Notes under the pieces: model-generated
Told to the model about the DNA's origin: nothing
Databases searched by the model: none
Seen by the model: only the letters and a program-made list of their open reading frames with translations
Position numbers and translations under genes: made by a program
Part shown: positions 1 through 9,649 of the stretch, one piece after another
How positions within the stretch are numbered: position 1 is the stretch's first letter
Layout of the letters: each line of letters opens with the position of its first letter
Assembly (NCBI GenBank): GCA_947377725.1
Contig: CANCGX010000001.1
Location: 626-64,625, forward strand
Direction of reading: 5' to 3'
Length of the DNA stretch: 64,000 bases
DNA from: Actinomycetota bacterium
Lineage (GTDB): Bacteria; Actinomycetota; Actinomycetes; Nanopelagicales; Nanopelagicaceae

Positions 1-288
1 ATCAATGCAGAGAAGATTGCACTCACAGGACAGAAGGCAAGCCAAAAGTTTGCTCACCATCACTCTGGTTTCCCAGGTGGTATGACTTCTGTTGTTTATG
101 CAGATTTGATTAACCAAGATCCAACTCGCATTGTTGAGAAGGCAATTCTTGGAATGATTCCTAAGAACAAGATTGGTCGCTCTATTGCGACAAAGCTCAA
201 GGTCTACGCAGGTCCAACACATCCACATGCTGCGCAGAATCCTTCAGTGTACGAACTCACTCAAGTTTCCCAATTGACGAAGAAGTAA
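1..288 (+). CDS. rplM: 50S ribosomal protein L13, C-terminal part (5' end outside window)
   Basis: Frame 1 is open from base 1 (INAEKIALTGQKASQKFAHHHSGFPGG...KVYAGPTHPHAAQNP), with stop TAA at 286-288. The next gene is rpsI, the universal rplM-rpsI pairing. Confidence 0.93.
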   Translation: MNAEKIALTGQKASQKFAHHHSGFPGGMTSVVYADLINQDPTRIVEKAILGMIPKNKIGRSIATKLKVYAGPTHPHAAQNPSVYELTQVSQLTKK

Positions 289-305
289 TAGGAGCTATAT
301 AAAAA

Positions 306-791
306 ATGTCAGACTTCGATACCCAAGTTGAGATCGACGAAGAAGTTCCTACTTCTTATTCATCAAGTACTCCTGCGGCTGCAACAAACCGCAATGCAAT
401 CAAGGCACCAGGTGGCGGCACCGGTCGCCGTAAAGAAGCAGTTGCACGCGTTCGTCTTATTCCAGGAACAGGCAAGTGGATTGTTAATGGAAAGACACTA
501 GAAAATTACTTCCCAAATAAAGTTCACCAACAACTAGTTTCAGAACCTTTCCGCACAGTTGGTGCTGAAAACGGTTATGACGTTGTTGCTCGCATCAACG
601 GTGGCGGAACATCTGGCCAAGCTGGTGCACTTCGTCTTGGAGTTGCTCGTGCACTCAATGAGATTGATCGCGATGCGAATCGTCCTTCACTTAAGAAGGC
701 TGGATTCCTTACACGTGATCCACGTGTTATCGAACGTAAGAAGTACGGTCTGAAGAAGGCTCGTAAGCGTTCTCAATACAGCAAGCGTTAA
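306..791 (+). CDS. rpsI: 30S ribosomal protein S9
   Basis: 161 aa ending ...[23 protein letters not shown] at 291-295 lies upstream. The extended N-terminus is as in actinobacterial S9. Confidence 0.95.
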   Translation: MSDFDTQVEIDEEVPTSYSSSTPAAATNRNAIKAPGGGTGRRKEAVARVRLIPGTGKWIVNGKTLENYFPNKVHQQLVSEPFRTVGAENGYDVVARINGGGTSGQAGALRLGVARALNEIDRDANRPSLKKAGFLTRDPRVIERKKYGLKKARKRSQYSKR

Positions 792-827
792 TTCGCTTCT
801 CGCTCAGTTATTTACAGGCGAAATTAA

Positions 828-2180
828 ATGGCCCTCTTTGGCACCGACGGTGTAAGAGGGCTAGCCAATCGCGATCTCACTGCTGAATTAGCACTCGATC
901 TAGCGGTTGCCGCAGCTCACGTATTAAGTGAAAAAGGCGCATTTTCAGGTCATTCCAATAGCGATCGCCCTAAAGCAGTTGTTGGACAAGATTCCCGCGC
1001 ATCAGGTGAATTTCTTGAAGCGGCAGTCGTGGCTGGTTTAGCAAGTGCCGGAGTAGATGTTTACCGTGTTGGCGTTCTTCCAACTCCCGCGATTGCACAC
1101 CTTGTGGCAGAAAGCGGAGCAGATCTAGGCGTGATGCTCAGCGCTTCGCACAATGCAATGCCGGATAACGGAATCAAGTTCTTTGCAAAAGGTGGCGGAA
1201 AACTCGATGATGCACTTGAAGCGGCGATTGAATCAAAATTAAAAGAGCCATGGGATCGCCCAATTGGAAGCGACGTTGGTCGCGTTGTTTTGGATGAAAG
1301 CGCTCAAGAGCGTTATATCTATCATCTGCTTTCCTCACTTTCGACTCCACTTACAGGATTAAAAATTGTTGTTGATTGCGCAAATGGCGCCTCATCCCGC
1401 GTTGCTCCAAAAACGTATATTCGCGCAGGAGCCCATGTCACTGCAATTCACTCCACACCAACCGGGTTAAATATCAATGAAAATTGCGGCTCAACCCATA
1501 TGGAAAGTCTCATTGCGAAAGTAAAAGAGGTTGGCGCAGATTTGGGAATTGCGCATGATGGCGATGCAGATCGCTGTCTCGCAGTTGACCACGAAGGAAA
1601 TTTGATTGATGGAGATTTCATTATGGCGATACTTGCTGCGTCTTGGAAAGAGCAAGGCAGATTAAAGAAGAATACGGTTGTCGGAACAGTTATGAGCAAC
1701 CTAGGATTTATGAAGGCAATGGAGTCACTTGGAATTGATGCTCCGACAACTGCAGTCGGAGACCGTTACGTACTTGAGAAGATGATTGCAGAAGACTACG
1801 TATTAGGTGGCGAACAATCTGGCCATGTGATTATGCGCGATTTTGCAAATACGGGAGATGGCATTCTTACCGCGCTTCAACTTATGCAAGCCGTAGTTAC
1901 TTCGGGTAAGAGCCTCAAAGAGCTTTCCGGAGTCATGAAGCGATTCCCTCAAAGTCTTATCAATGTTAAAGATGTTAAGAAGGAGAAACTCTCTTCTTCG
2001 GAGAAAATTTCAAAAGAAATCGCAGCCCACGAGCAAGCTCTCGGGGGAAGCGGTCGCATTTTGGTCCGGTCATCTGGAACTGAAGCCTTGGTACGAGTGA
2101 TGGTAGAGGCTGAAAGTACGGAGCTAGCCGATAAAATCGCGAGTGAGATTGCTTCTCTAGTACGATCAGAACTTCAGTAG
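828..2180 (+). CDS. glmM: phosphoglucosamine mutase
   Basis: Starts MALFGTDGVRG and carries the phosphoserine loop SASHNAMPDNGIKFF. 450 aa; rpsI-glmM synteny. Confidence 0.95.
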   Translation: MALFGTDGVRGLANRDLTAELALDLAVAAAHVLSEKGAFSGHSNSDRPKAVVGQDSRASGEFLEAAVVAGLASAGVDVYRVGVLPTPAIAHLVAESGADLGVMLSASHNAMPDNGIKFFAKGGGKLDDALEAAIESKLKEPWDRPIGSDVGRVVLDESAQERYIYHLLSSLSTPLTGLKIVVDCANGASSRVAPKTYIRAGAHVTAIHSTPTGLNINENCGSTHMESLIAKVKEVGADLGIAHDGDADRCLAVDHEGNLIDGDFIMAILAASWKEQGRLKKNTVVGTVMSNLGFMKAMESLGIDAPTTAVGDRYVLEKMIAEDYVLGGEQSGHVIMRDFANTGDGILTALQLMQAVVTSGKSLKELSGVMKRFPQSLINVKDVKKEKLSSSEKISKEIAAHEQALGGSGRILVRSSGTEALVRVMVEAESTELADKIASEIASLVRSELQ

Positions 2181-2210
2181 AAACAACTAACGCGTAGATA
2201 GAGGGTTCGT

Positions 2211-4031
2211 ATGTGCGGAATTGTCGGTTACACCGGTAAGTCCGACGCTCTCTCACCCGTTCTAGAAGGACTCCGTCGCCTCGAATATCGCGGATATGAC
2301 TCGGCAGGAATTGCTCTTCCAACGCAACCTGGTGAAAAACTTTGGATAGAAAAGCGTTCAGGAAAACTGGGAAATCTTGAAGGTGTTCTTGGTGATGCAG
2401 TCCCTAAATCCCATAGTGGAATTGGACATACACGTTGGGCAACGCATGGCGGCCCAACAGATAAGAATGCACATCCCCATGTAGATAATGAGGGGAAACT
2501 GGCTCTCATTCACAATGGCATTATTGAAAATTATGTGGAACTGAGAAACGAACTCGAGAAGCGCGGCCATGTTTTCACTTCAGAAACCGATACTGAATCT
2601 GTGGTGCACTTGCTTAGCGATGCTCGCAAATCTCACAACGGTGATTTAGCCGCAGCCATGAGAGATGTATGTAAAGAGCTTCGTGGATCTTTTACTTTGC
2701 TTGCAATTCATTCTGACGATCCGGAGAGAATTGTTGGAGCTCGCAGAAATTCTCCTCTTGTGGTCGGCGTTGGCGATGGAGAGAATTTCCTGGCATCTGA
2801 CGTTGCTGCTTTTATTTCCCATACTAAGCGAGCACTTGAACTTGGCCAGGATGAAGTCGTAGATATAACGCCTCTATCAATTACCGTTACTGATTTAAAT
2901 GGCGCGGTTTTGCCACATAACGAATACGAAATTTCATGGGATGCCTCAGCTGCAGAGCGTGGAGGATTTCCACATTTCATGCTGAAAGAGATTTACGAAC
3001 AACCCAAAGCTGTAGCAGATACATTGATTGGCCGAACTCATGGTCTTTCGGAAGAGATCACAGCCGGCATTGACCTTAAGGCAATCACGAAGGTTGTAAT
3101 CATTGCTTGTGGAACTGCTTATCACGCAGGCATGGTCGGGAAATACGCGATTGAGCGTTGGGCTGATGTTTCTGTGGATGTTGAGCTTGCATCGGAATAT
3201 CGCTATCGCGAGCCAAGTATTGATAAGAACACTTTAGTAATCCCAATTTCTCAATCCGGTGAAACCATGGATACGCTGATGGCGCTTCGCTATGCGAAAT
3301 CACACGGGGCCAAAATCTTTTCGGTATGCAATACAAATGGATCAACAATTCCACGTGAATCTGATGGTGTTCTTTATACCTTTGCCGGACCCGAAATTGC
3401 TGTTGCCTCAACAAAAGCTTTCCTTACCCAACTTGTTGCGATGTATTTATTTGCACTTCACATGGGGCGCGTGCGTGGAACTCTTTCTCCAGAGCTCGAT
3501 GCGCAATTGGCCCAAGAAATTGCTGAACTGCCTGGGAAGATTGAACAAGTTCTCGAAACAGTTGAGCCACTTCGTGAGCTCACACGTAAATTTAAAGATT
3601 CAACGTCGATGCTCTTCCTTGGTCGCCACGTAGGTTATCCAACAGCCCTTGAAGGAGCGCTCAAATTAAAAGAGCTTGCTTACATGCATGCCGAAGGATT
3701 TGCTGGGGGAGAGTTAAAGCATGGCCCAATCGCTTTGATTGATGAAGGCACTCCGGTCATCGCAATAATGCCTACTGAAAATTCGTTGCTTAATGAAAAG
3801 ATGGCCAGTAACGTCCAAGAAGTGAAAGCCCGCGGGGCAATTGTAATTGCGATTGGAGATGCCGATCTTCCTTCGGCAACTCACAATATTCGCATTCCTC
3901 ATACTCATGAATTTTTACAACCAGTTCTTGCTGTTGTCCCACTTCAAGTTATCGCTTATGAAATGGCAGTAGCGAGAGGGAATGACGTCGATCAGCCACG
4001 CAATTTGGCTAAATCTGTAACGGTTGAATAA
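2211..4031 (+). CDS. glmS: glutamine--fructose-6-phosphate aminotransferase
   Basis: N-terminal MCGIVGY (catalytic Cys2), two SIS-type halves, and the C-terminal ...NLAKSVTVE typical of GlmS. 606 aa. Confidence 0.96.
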   Translation: MCGIVGYTGKSDALSPVLEGLRRLEYRGYDSAGIALPTQPGEKLWIEKRSGKLGNLEGVLGDAVPKSHSGIGHTRWATHGGPTDKNAHPHVDNEGKLALIHNGIIENYVELRNELEKRGHVFTSETDTESVVHLLSDARKSHNGDLAAAMRDVCKELRGSFTLLAIHSDDPERIVGARRNSPLVVGVGDGENFLASDVAAFISHTKRALELGQDEVVDITPLSITVTDLNGAVLPHNEYEISWDASAAERGGFPHFMLKEIYEQPKAVADTLIGRTHGLSEEITAGIDLKAITKVVIIACGTAYHAGMVGKYAIERWADVSVDVELASEYRYREPSIDKNTLVIPISQSGETMDTLMALRYAKSHGAKIFSVCNTNGSTIPRESDGVLYTFAGPEIAVASTKAFLTQLVAMYLFALHMGRVRGTLSPELDAQLAQEIAELPGKIEQVLETVEPLRELTRKFKDSTSMLFLGRHVGYPTALEGALKLKELAYMHAEGFAGGELKHGPIALIDEGTPVIAIMPTENSLLNEKMASNVQEVKARGAIVIAIGDADLPSATHNIRIPHTHEFLQPVLAVVPLQVIAYEMAVARGNDVDQPRNLAKSVTVE

Positions 4032-4702
4032 TGTTTCGCAATCTTTCGTTAGAACGTAAGGCTGAAATGTGGAAAGCCATTCGAGGTTCTATCTGGCTTT
4101 TCTTTGGTTTCTTAATTGTTACTCAACAAGTTTTGGCAAAGGGTTATCTTTTTCAATTTGATCACTGGGTAAAACATCTCAAGCGCCATACGTTTCGCGG
4201 ATTCTCGAGCCATCTCTTGCTTGCTATCGACGATATGGGATTACGAGGATTTACTGCCACAGTATTAATCCTTTCTTCACTCCTCATCGGCTGGAGATTT
4301 CGTTCTTGGCGTCCGTTCAACCTTTCAATACTGTCACTCCTACTTCTTAACGGCGTAGTAGGAATTGCGAAGCTTGCTTTTCACCGAGTTAAACCTCGAT
4401 TGGCGAATGATTTGCTCCATACATCTGGTCTCTCGTATCCAAGTGGCCATGCAGCCAATGCGTTACTTACGTGGGGTCTCTTGGCCTATCTTATTTTTCG
4501 CTACACACACAAAGAACCGTTCGTTGGAATGAGGCTGGACTGGCTCGTAGCGGTTATCACTTTATCGGTCTGCACGGTTTCTCTCATGCGCGATACTCAT
4601 TGGTTCTCTGACTTGCTTGGAGGATTGCTCTTGGGAGGCTCACTTCTGGTCTTTGTCATCGCTGTTGATAGAGCCGTACCTTCTATTAAACAGCCTTCGT
4701 GA
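4031..4702 (+). CDS. PAP2-family membrane phosphatase-like protein
   Basis: Polytopic hydrophobic protein with a K-x6-KP segment (KLAFHRVKP), PSGH (SYPSGHAAN) and H-x3-D (THWFSDLLGG). The ATG overlaps the glmS stop (TAATG). The third PAP2 motif is imperfect. Confidence 0.6.
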   Translation: MFRNLSLERKAEMWKAIRGSIWLFFGFLIVTQQVLAKGYLFQFDHWVKHLKRHTFRGFSSHLLLAIDDMGLRGFTATVLILSSLLIGWRFRSWRPFNLSILSLLLLNGVVGIAKLAFHRVKPRLANDLLHTSGLSYPSGHAANALLTWGLLAYLIFRYTHKEPFVGMRLDWLVAVITLSVCTVSLMRDTHWFSDLLGGLLLGGSLLVFVIAVDRAVPSIKQPS

Positions 4703-4703
4703 T

Positions 4704-4709
4704 TAGGCT
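4704..4709 (+). promoter_or_regulatory. -10-like TAGGCT exactly 6 nt upstream of the acpS ATG (leaderless promoter candidate)
   Basis: TANNNT match followed by spacer acgcag and then ATG 4716. No Shine-Dalgarno is present. Confidence 0.45.
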
Positions 4710-4715
4710 ACGCAG

Positions 4716-5063
4716 ATGATTGAAGGAATCGGAATCGATGTTGTTGATATCGAGAGGTTTCGAGAATCCTTGATTCGCACTCCAGGGTTGAAGACCAAAC
4801 TCTTTACAGATCGGGAGGCAGTTCTGCCCGTAGCTTCACTTGCTGCTCGATTTGCAGCTAAAGAAGCCTTAGCAAAGGCACTCAATGCACGATATGTATT
4901 TGCTTGGCAAGATTGTGAAGTAATTAATGAAGAGAGTGGGCGTCCTGCATTCATATTTACTGGGACGGTTGCCGAGAGAATTGATGGCGCGACAGTGCAC
5001 CTCACCTTGTCGCATGATGCAGGAATTGCATCCGCGATGGTAATTGTGGAGCGCACCTCATGA
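4716..5063 (+). CDS. acpS: holo-[acyl-carrier-protein] synthase
   Basis: [15 protein letters not shown]... and ...[11 protein letters not shown]...[10 protein letters not shown] are classic AcpS. 115 aa. Confidence 0.9.
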   Translation: MIEGIGIDVVDIERFRESLIRTPGLKTKLFTDREAVLPVASLAARFAAKEALAKALNARYVFAWQDCEVINEESGRPAFIFTGTVAERIDGATVHLTLSHDAGIASAMVIVERTS

Positions 5064-6181
5064 CGTATCGAGCCTATGTAGAGATAGATTTGCGAGCAAT
5101 TGCGTCGAATATCGCTGCCGTAAAGAGAACAACGGACGCCGAAATTCTGGCTGTTGTAAAAGCAGATGCCTATGGTCATGGCTTAGTGCCTGTTGCTCAA
5201 GCAGCTCTGACTGCCGGTGCTTCATGGCTCGGCGTTGCACTTCTTGAAGAAGCAATTACATTGCGCAAAGCAGGAATTTCTCACCGGACGATTGCTTGGT
5301 TGACGCCGCCCGGTGATGATTTTGAAAGCGCCCTGAAGCACGACATTGATATATCTATTTCATCTTTGAAGGTGTTACACGAAGTTCTCGCAGCAAGCCG
5401 TGCACTTGGTAAGAAAGCTCGCATTCATATAGAGGTAGATACGGGAATGCGCCGTGGTGGATTTCTTGGAGATTGGGAGACATTCCTTGAAGAAATTCTG
5501 AATGTGAAAGATGAGCTTCACATTGTTGGCCTTTGGACACACTTTGCACGCGCAGATGAACCTGAGGCTCATGCAACAGAAGATCAGATAAAAGAATTTG
5601 AAAGTTTCCTCTCAGATTTGCATTCAATTGGAATTGAACCAGAGATTATTCACCTTTCGAATTCTGCAGCAACACTTACGAGGCCAGCTGCGCATCGGTC
5701 GATGGTGAGACTTGGAATTGCAATGTATGGGCTAAGCCCCGATATAAAGACTCTGGGGGATGCTTCGCAATATTCTCTTAAGCCCGCCATGACTTTGAAA
5801 GCTAAATTGAGTTTGGTGAAACATGCCCCAAAGGGTTCAGCTGTGGGTTATGGAGGCACAGCGATATTGGAAAATGACACGATTTTAGGTGTTGTTGTGC
5901 TTGGTTATTCAGATGGCATCCCTCGAAATAGCGATGCGAGCACTGGCATTTGGTTTGATGGAAAGAGAGCGCCTCTCGTTGGTCGAGTTTCAATGGATCA
6001 ATTTGTAGTGAATCTTGGCTCGGAAAGTATGGCCACAAGTGGGGATTATGTAACTGTTTTCGGTACAACTTCTGATGGAACTGGCTATTCGATTGATGAA
6101 TGGGCGAACGCTTCCTCGACAATTAATTACGAGATTGTGACCCGAATTGCTTCCCGAGTGCCAAGAATCTATCTAAACTAG
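5060..6181 (+). CDS. alr: alanine racemase
   Basis: PLP-lysine motif [11 protein letters not shown], and the C-terminal ...[23 protein letters not shown] overlap with acpS. Confidence 0.93.
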   Translation: MTYRAYVEIDLRAIASNIAAVKRTTDAEILAVVKADAYGHGLVPVAQAALTAGASWLGVALLEEAITLRKAGISHRTIAWLTPPGDDFESALKHDIDISISSLKVLHEVLAASRALGKKARIHIEVDTGMRRGGFLGDWETFLEEILNVKDELHIVGLWTHFARADEPEAHATEDQIKEFESFLSDLHSIGIEPEIIHLSNSAATLTRPAAHRSMVRLGIAMYGLSPDIKTLGDASQYSLKPAMTLKAKLSLVKHAPKGSAVGYGGTAILENDTILGVVVLGYSDGIPRNSDASTGIWFDGKRAPLVGRVSMDQFVVNLGSESMATSGDYVTVFGTTSDGTGYSIDEWANASSTINYEIVTRIASRVPRIYLN

Positions 6182-6234
6182 CCACGATATTTAGAGGCAC
6201 TATTCAGCAACGCTGGTGAAGGTGGGGGATAACC

Positions 6235-6999
6235 GTGGGGTCGTCTTTGCTATCGATCTCCGATCTCACCGTTAAATTTGGTGGCCTCACCGCTCTTTCA
6301 AATGTCCACATAGATGTGAACCCAGGCGAAGTTGTGGGACTTATCGGTCCGAATGGTGCTGGAAAAACTACACTTTTCAATGCGCTTACTGGATTTGCAC
6401 CCGTTGCCGCCGGAAAATTAACGTTAGATGGAAAAGAGCACGCCTGGCCGAAGAGCCATCAATTAGTTAATTTAGGAATCTCACGAACTCTCCAAGGTGT
6501 TGGATTATTTCCAGACTTAACCGTTCTAGAAAATGTAATGGTAGGCGGCCAGAAATTTACCAAAGGCAGCGTGATTAGGGCCGCGCTTGGCTTGGATGGA
6601 TCGAATGAAGAATTCTTAGCAGAAAAAGCCGCAATTGCACTTGAAAAAGTTTATGCATCATCACTTAGCGAACAGAGAGCGGATTCGCTTCCTTACCCGG
6701 TGACAAAGCGTGTAGCGATTGCAAGAGCCCTCATGAGTGATCCAAGAATCCTGCTACTTGATGAACCTGCTGGCGGATTAGGATCGCAAGACATCGACTG
6801 GATGAATGGACTGATTCATAATCTAAAAACGGACACTTCTATTCTTCTCGTAGAACATCACATGGATGTTGTGATGAATGTTTGCGACCGAATTTATGTT
6901 TTGAATTTTGGAGAGTTGATTGCAGAGGGCACACCTGAAGAAGTCCGAGAAAACCCAGCTGTAATCGCGGCGTATTTGGGCACGGAGGCCGTTTCGTGA
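6235..6999 (+). CDS. livG: branched-chain-amino-acid-type ABC transporter ATPase (LivG-like)
   Basis: GTG start preceded by GGTGGGGG. Walker A GPNGAGKTT, Walker B LLLDEPAGGL, LivG-type tail NPAVIAAYLG. Confidence 0.85.
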   Translation: MGSSLLSISDLTVKFGGLTALSNVHIDVNPGEVVGLIGPNGAGKTTLFNALTGFAPVAAGKLTLDGKEHAWPKSHQLVNLGISRTLQGVGLFPDLTVLENVMVGGQKFTKGSVIRAALGLDGSNEEFLAEKAAIALEKVYASSLSEQRADSLPYPVTKRVAIARALMSDPRILLLDEPAGGLGSQDIDWMNGLIHNLKTDTSILLVEHHMDVVMNVCDRIYVLNFGELIAEGTPEEVRENPAVIAAYLGTEAVS

Positions 7000-7709
7000 G
7001 CGCCTTAGACGTTAAAGATTTATCTGTAAGTCATGGAGCAATCACTGCAGTAAAGAAGTTGTCTTTTTCCATTGAACAAGGCCAGCTTGCAGCGATAATC
7101 GGTTCAAATGGAGCAGGAAAGACAACTCTTCTGCGCGCTCTATCTGGATTGATTCCATCTTCCCATGGCACAGCTACATGGAATGGGAAATCACTGCTCG
7201 GTGAGAAGCCAGAGGATTTAGTTCGTGCAGGGATAGTGCATGTCTCCGAGGGCAAATCGGTAATTCCAGAGCTCAACGTTAAAGAGAATCTCGCGCTGGG
7301 CGGCATCTGGCGAAAAGATAAAAAGGATGTAGCGGTAGCTACAGAAGAAGTATTGGAACTTTTTCCTCGTTTGCGCGAACGTTTGCAGCAGTCAGCCGAT
7401 ACGTTGTCAGGCGGTGAACGTCAGATGCTTGCAATTGGTAGAGCGCTTATTGCAAGACCACAACTGCTTCTTTTGGACGAACCTTCATTAGGGCTTGCCC
7501 CACTCATCATTGAACAGATTTTTGAAGCCATCAATCAACTTCGCCATCGTTTAAACCTGACTGTCCTTCTCGTTGAACAGAATGCTATGAGCGCTCTAAA
7601 AATTGCAGATGTTGGGATCATTATAAATGTTGGGTCTCTTGTTACTTCCGGACCATCCAAAGAGTTGTTGGCAGATGCCAATCTCCGAGCAGCATATTTG
7701 GGGTACTGA
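6996..7709 (+). CDS. livF: branched-chain-amino-acid-type ABC transporter ATPase (LivF-like)
   Basis: Walker A GSNGAGKTT, signature LSGGERQML, Walker B LLLDEPSLGLAP, tail LRAAYLGY. 4-nt overlap with livG. Confidence 0.85.
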   Translation: MSALDVKDLSVSHGAITAVKKLSFSIEQGQLAAIIGSNGAGKTTLLRALSGLIPSSHGTATWNGKSLLGEKPEDLVRAGIVHVSEGKSVIPELNVKENLALGGIWRKDKKDVAVATEEVLELFPRLRERLQQSADTLSGGERQMLAIGRALIARPQLLLLDEPSLGLAPLIIEQIFEAINQLRHRLNLTVLLVEQNAMSALKIADVGIIINVGSLVTSGPSKELLADANLRAAYLGY

Positions 7710-8605
7710 TGATAATTATCGATACCTTATTGATCGGATTAAGCAGCGGCGCCATTTATGCATTGATGGCTTTAGCACTTGTGCTTGTTTGGCGCTCCAC
7801 TCGCGTCGTGAACTTTGCTCAAGCTGGACAGGCAATTCTTTCTACATATCTCGGTTATGAAGTAATGAACCGTACTCACAGCTACTGGATCTCAATTCCA
7901 TTTGCAATAGTTGGCGGAGCAGCGATAGCCGCGTTTATCGATGCGGTAATTTTGCGTTCCCTTGCGAAACGATCACATAAAGGTTCAGTTTCAGAGATTG
8001 CGCCAGTTATCGCCACGTTGGGTTTACTTGGATTAATTCGAAGTCTCACCGGAATGATCTGGGGAAATGCATACGTCCAATATATATCGCCGCTTTCAGG
8101 TAAGGGCTACATGATTGGGAAGCACACGATTCCTTTCTCTCCACAAAATTTGATAATCGTTATTGGTGCACTTCTTGTCATGGGGATTTTTGCAACGATA
8201 TTCAAATTCACAAATCTCGGCTTGGCGCTACGAGCAGCATCATTCCAACCAGAAATTTCACGATTAGCAGGAATTCGCGTAGATCGAATTCGCACGATTG
8301 GTTGGGCATTTGCTGGAGCTGCAGGTGCTGTTGCTGGAGCGCTCGTTACTCCGACGACGTATTTATCTCCAAATAGTTTGGATCTTTTGTTGGTCTCTGG
8401 CTTCGTGGCTGCAGTGATTGGCGGTTTGGACAGTTTGATTGGAGCAGTACTTGGCGGTCTTTTACTCGGAGTGGGATTCGCTTTTATTCTTCAATACATA
8501 GGTGCTTCTGTGACATTTTCTGCCGCATTCATCATCCTCATTGTGGTCCTCTTTGTGCGTCCTCGAGGAATTCTAGGATCAAAGGTTGGGCGACGCGATG
8601 CGTAA
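7709..8605 (+). CDS. livH: Liv-type ABC transporter permease (LivH-like)
   Basis: 298-aa polytopic protein with the start/stop overlapping livF. Resembles the LivH family (…GLSSGAIYALMALALVLV…). Confidence 0.8.
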   Translation: MIIIDTLLIGLSSGAIYALMALALVLVWRSTRVVNFAQAGQAILSTYLGYEVMNRTHSYWISIPFAIVGGAAIAAFIDAVILRSLAKRSHKGSVSEIAPVIATLGLLGLIRSLTGMIWGNAYVQYISPLSGKGYMIGKHTIPFSPQNLIIVIGALLVMGIFATIFKFTNLGLALRAASFQPEISRLAGIRVDRIRTIGWAFAGAAGAVAGALVTPTTYLSPNSLDLLLVSGFVAAVIGGLDSLIGAVLGGLLLGVGFAFILQYIGASVTFSAAFIILIVVLFVRPRGILGSKVGRRDA

Positions 8606-9581
8606 ATCTAAAGCACTCAGTGCGCTGACTTTCTTAGCAATAGGGTTATTTTTGCTTGGCTTAAGTAATTTTGTTGATGAGTTACGTGTGTATCAAGGTG
8701 CTCAAATTGCAGTTTACGTAATTGCTATTTCGTCGATTATTTTATTAACGGGTTATTCAGGACAAATTTCACTCGGACATGGCGCGCTTATGGCAATTGG
8801 CGGATATGCCGCTGTGCTTTCTTATACGTACTGGCATCTTCCAGTGCTGCTAGCTTTTACAGTTGGAGCGCTCGCTGCTGCTCTTGGCGGTTTCATTTTA
8901 GGAATGGCTGCGGCAAGATTGTCAGGACCGTATTTAGCAGGAACGACACTTGCACTTGCTGTTGGATTGCCATCACTTGCAAATCAATTTCATATTCTTG
9001 GTGGCGAAGGTGGTCTCTCCTTCGATATTGGTGAAGCACCTAAATGGATTGCAAATAAAACCGGAGGGGACTTCACCCAGTACAAGTGGTTCTTTTGGGT
9101 CAGTACGGTCTGCGCATTGGTCACAATCTGGTTTATAAAGAATTTGTTACAAAGCAGGTTCGGAAGAACATGGCGAGCAGTACGCGGAAATCCGAGCGCA
9201 GCAGCCTTGAGCGGTATCAATATCGGGCGTTCAAAAGTTTTGGCCTTCACCGTTAGTTCGGCGTTGGCAGGCTTGGCAGGCGCTTTATTAGCGATGCTTT
9301 TGGGTCTTGTTGCGCCAATGGCCTTCACTCTGACACTTTCCTTCACCCTCGTTACTGGTGCGGTGCTTGCGGGGGTTACTAACCTCGCCGGTAGCATTGT
9401 CGGAGCAGTGGTACTTGTTGTGATTCCTGAAATCACCGATGTCGTAGCTACACATCTGGGAGGATCGGAAAAAATCACAGCGAATCTACCCGGCTTGATT
9501 ACGAGCGTGTTGTTGATTCTTACGGTGATATTTGCACCTAACGGACCTAAACTTCACATTCGTAAGAAAGTGCATAACTAA
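8598..9581 (+). CDS. livM: Liv-type ABC transporter permease (LivM-like)
   Basis: Polytopic, with GQISLGHGALMAIGGY typical of LivM. I chose ATG 8598 (overlaps the livH stop) over the in-frame TTG at 8586. Confidence 0.8.
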   Translation: MRKSKALSALTFLAIGLFLLGLSNFVDELRVYQGAQIAVYVIAISSIILLTGYSGQISLGHGALMAIGGYAAVLSYTYWHLPVLLAFTVGALAAALGGFILGMAAARLSGPYLAGTTLALAVGLPSLANQFHILGGEGGLSFDIGEAPKWIANKTGGDFTQYKWFFWVSTVCALVTIWFIKNLLQSRFGRTWRAVRGNPSAAALSGINIGRSKVLAFTVSSALAGLAGALLAMLLGLVAPMAFTLTLSFTLVTGAVLAGVTNLAGSIVGAVVLVVIPEITDVVATHLGGSEKITANLPGLITSVLLILTVIFAPNGPKLHIRKKVHN

Positions 9582-9649
9582 CATAACTAAATAGAACCAA
9601 TCAGATAAACCAATAAATGTATATCTGACCCTCATCCGGAAGGAACAAC

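Noticed and set aside
2181-2210. glmS ribozyme upstream of glmS
   Set aside because: Only 30 nt separate glmM and glmS, which is far too short for the roughly 170-nt ribozyme.
4703-5179. 158-aa minus-strand ORF opposite acpS/alr
   Set aside because: The sense-strand acpS and alr calls are unambiguous (AcpS N-terminus, alr PLP-lysine motif), so this is an antisense shadow ORF.
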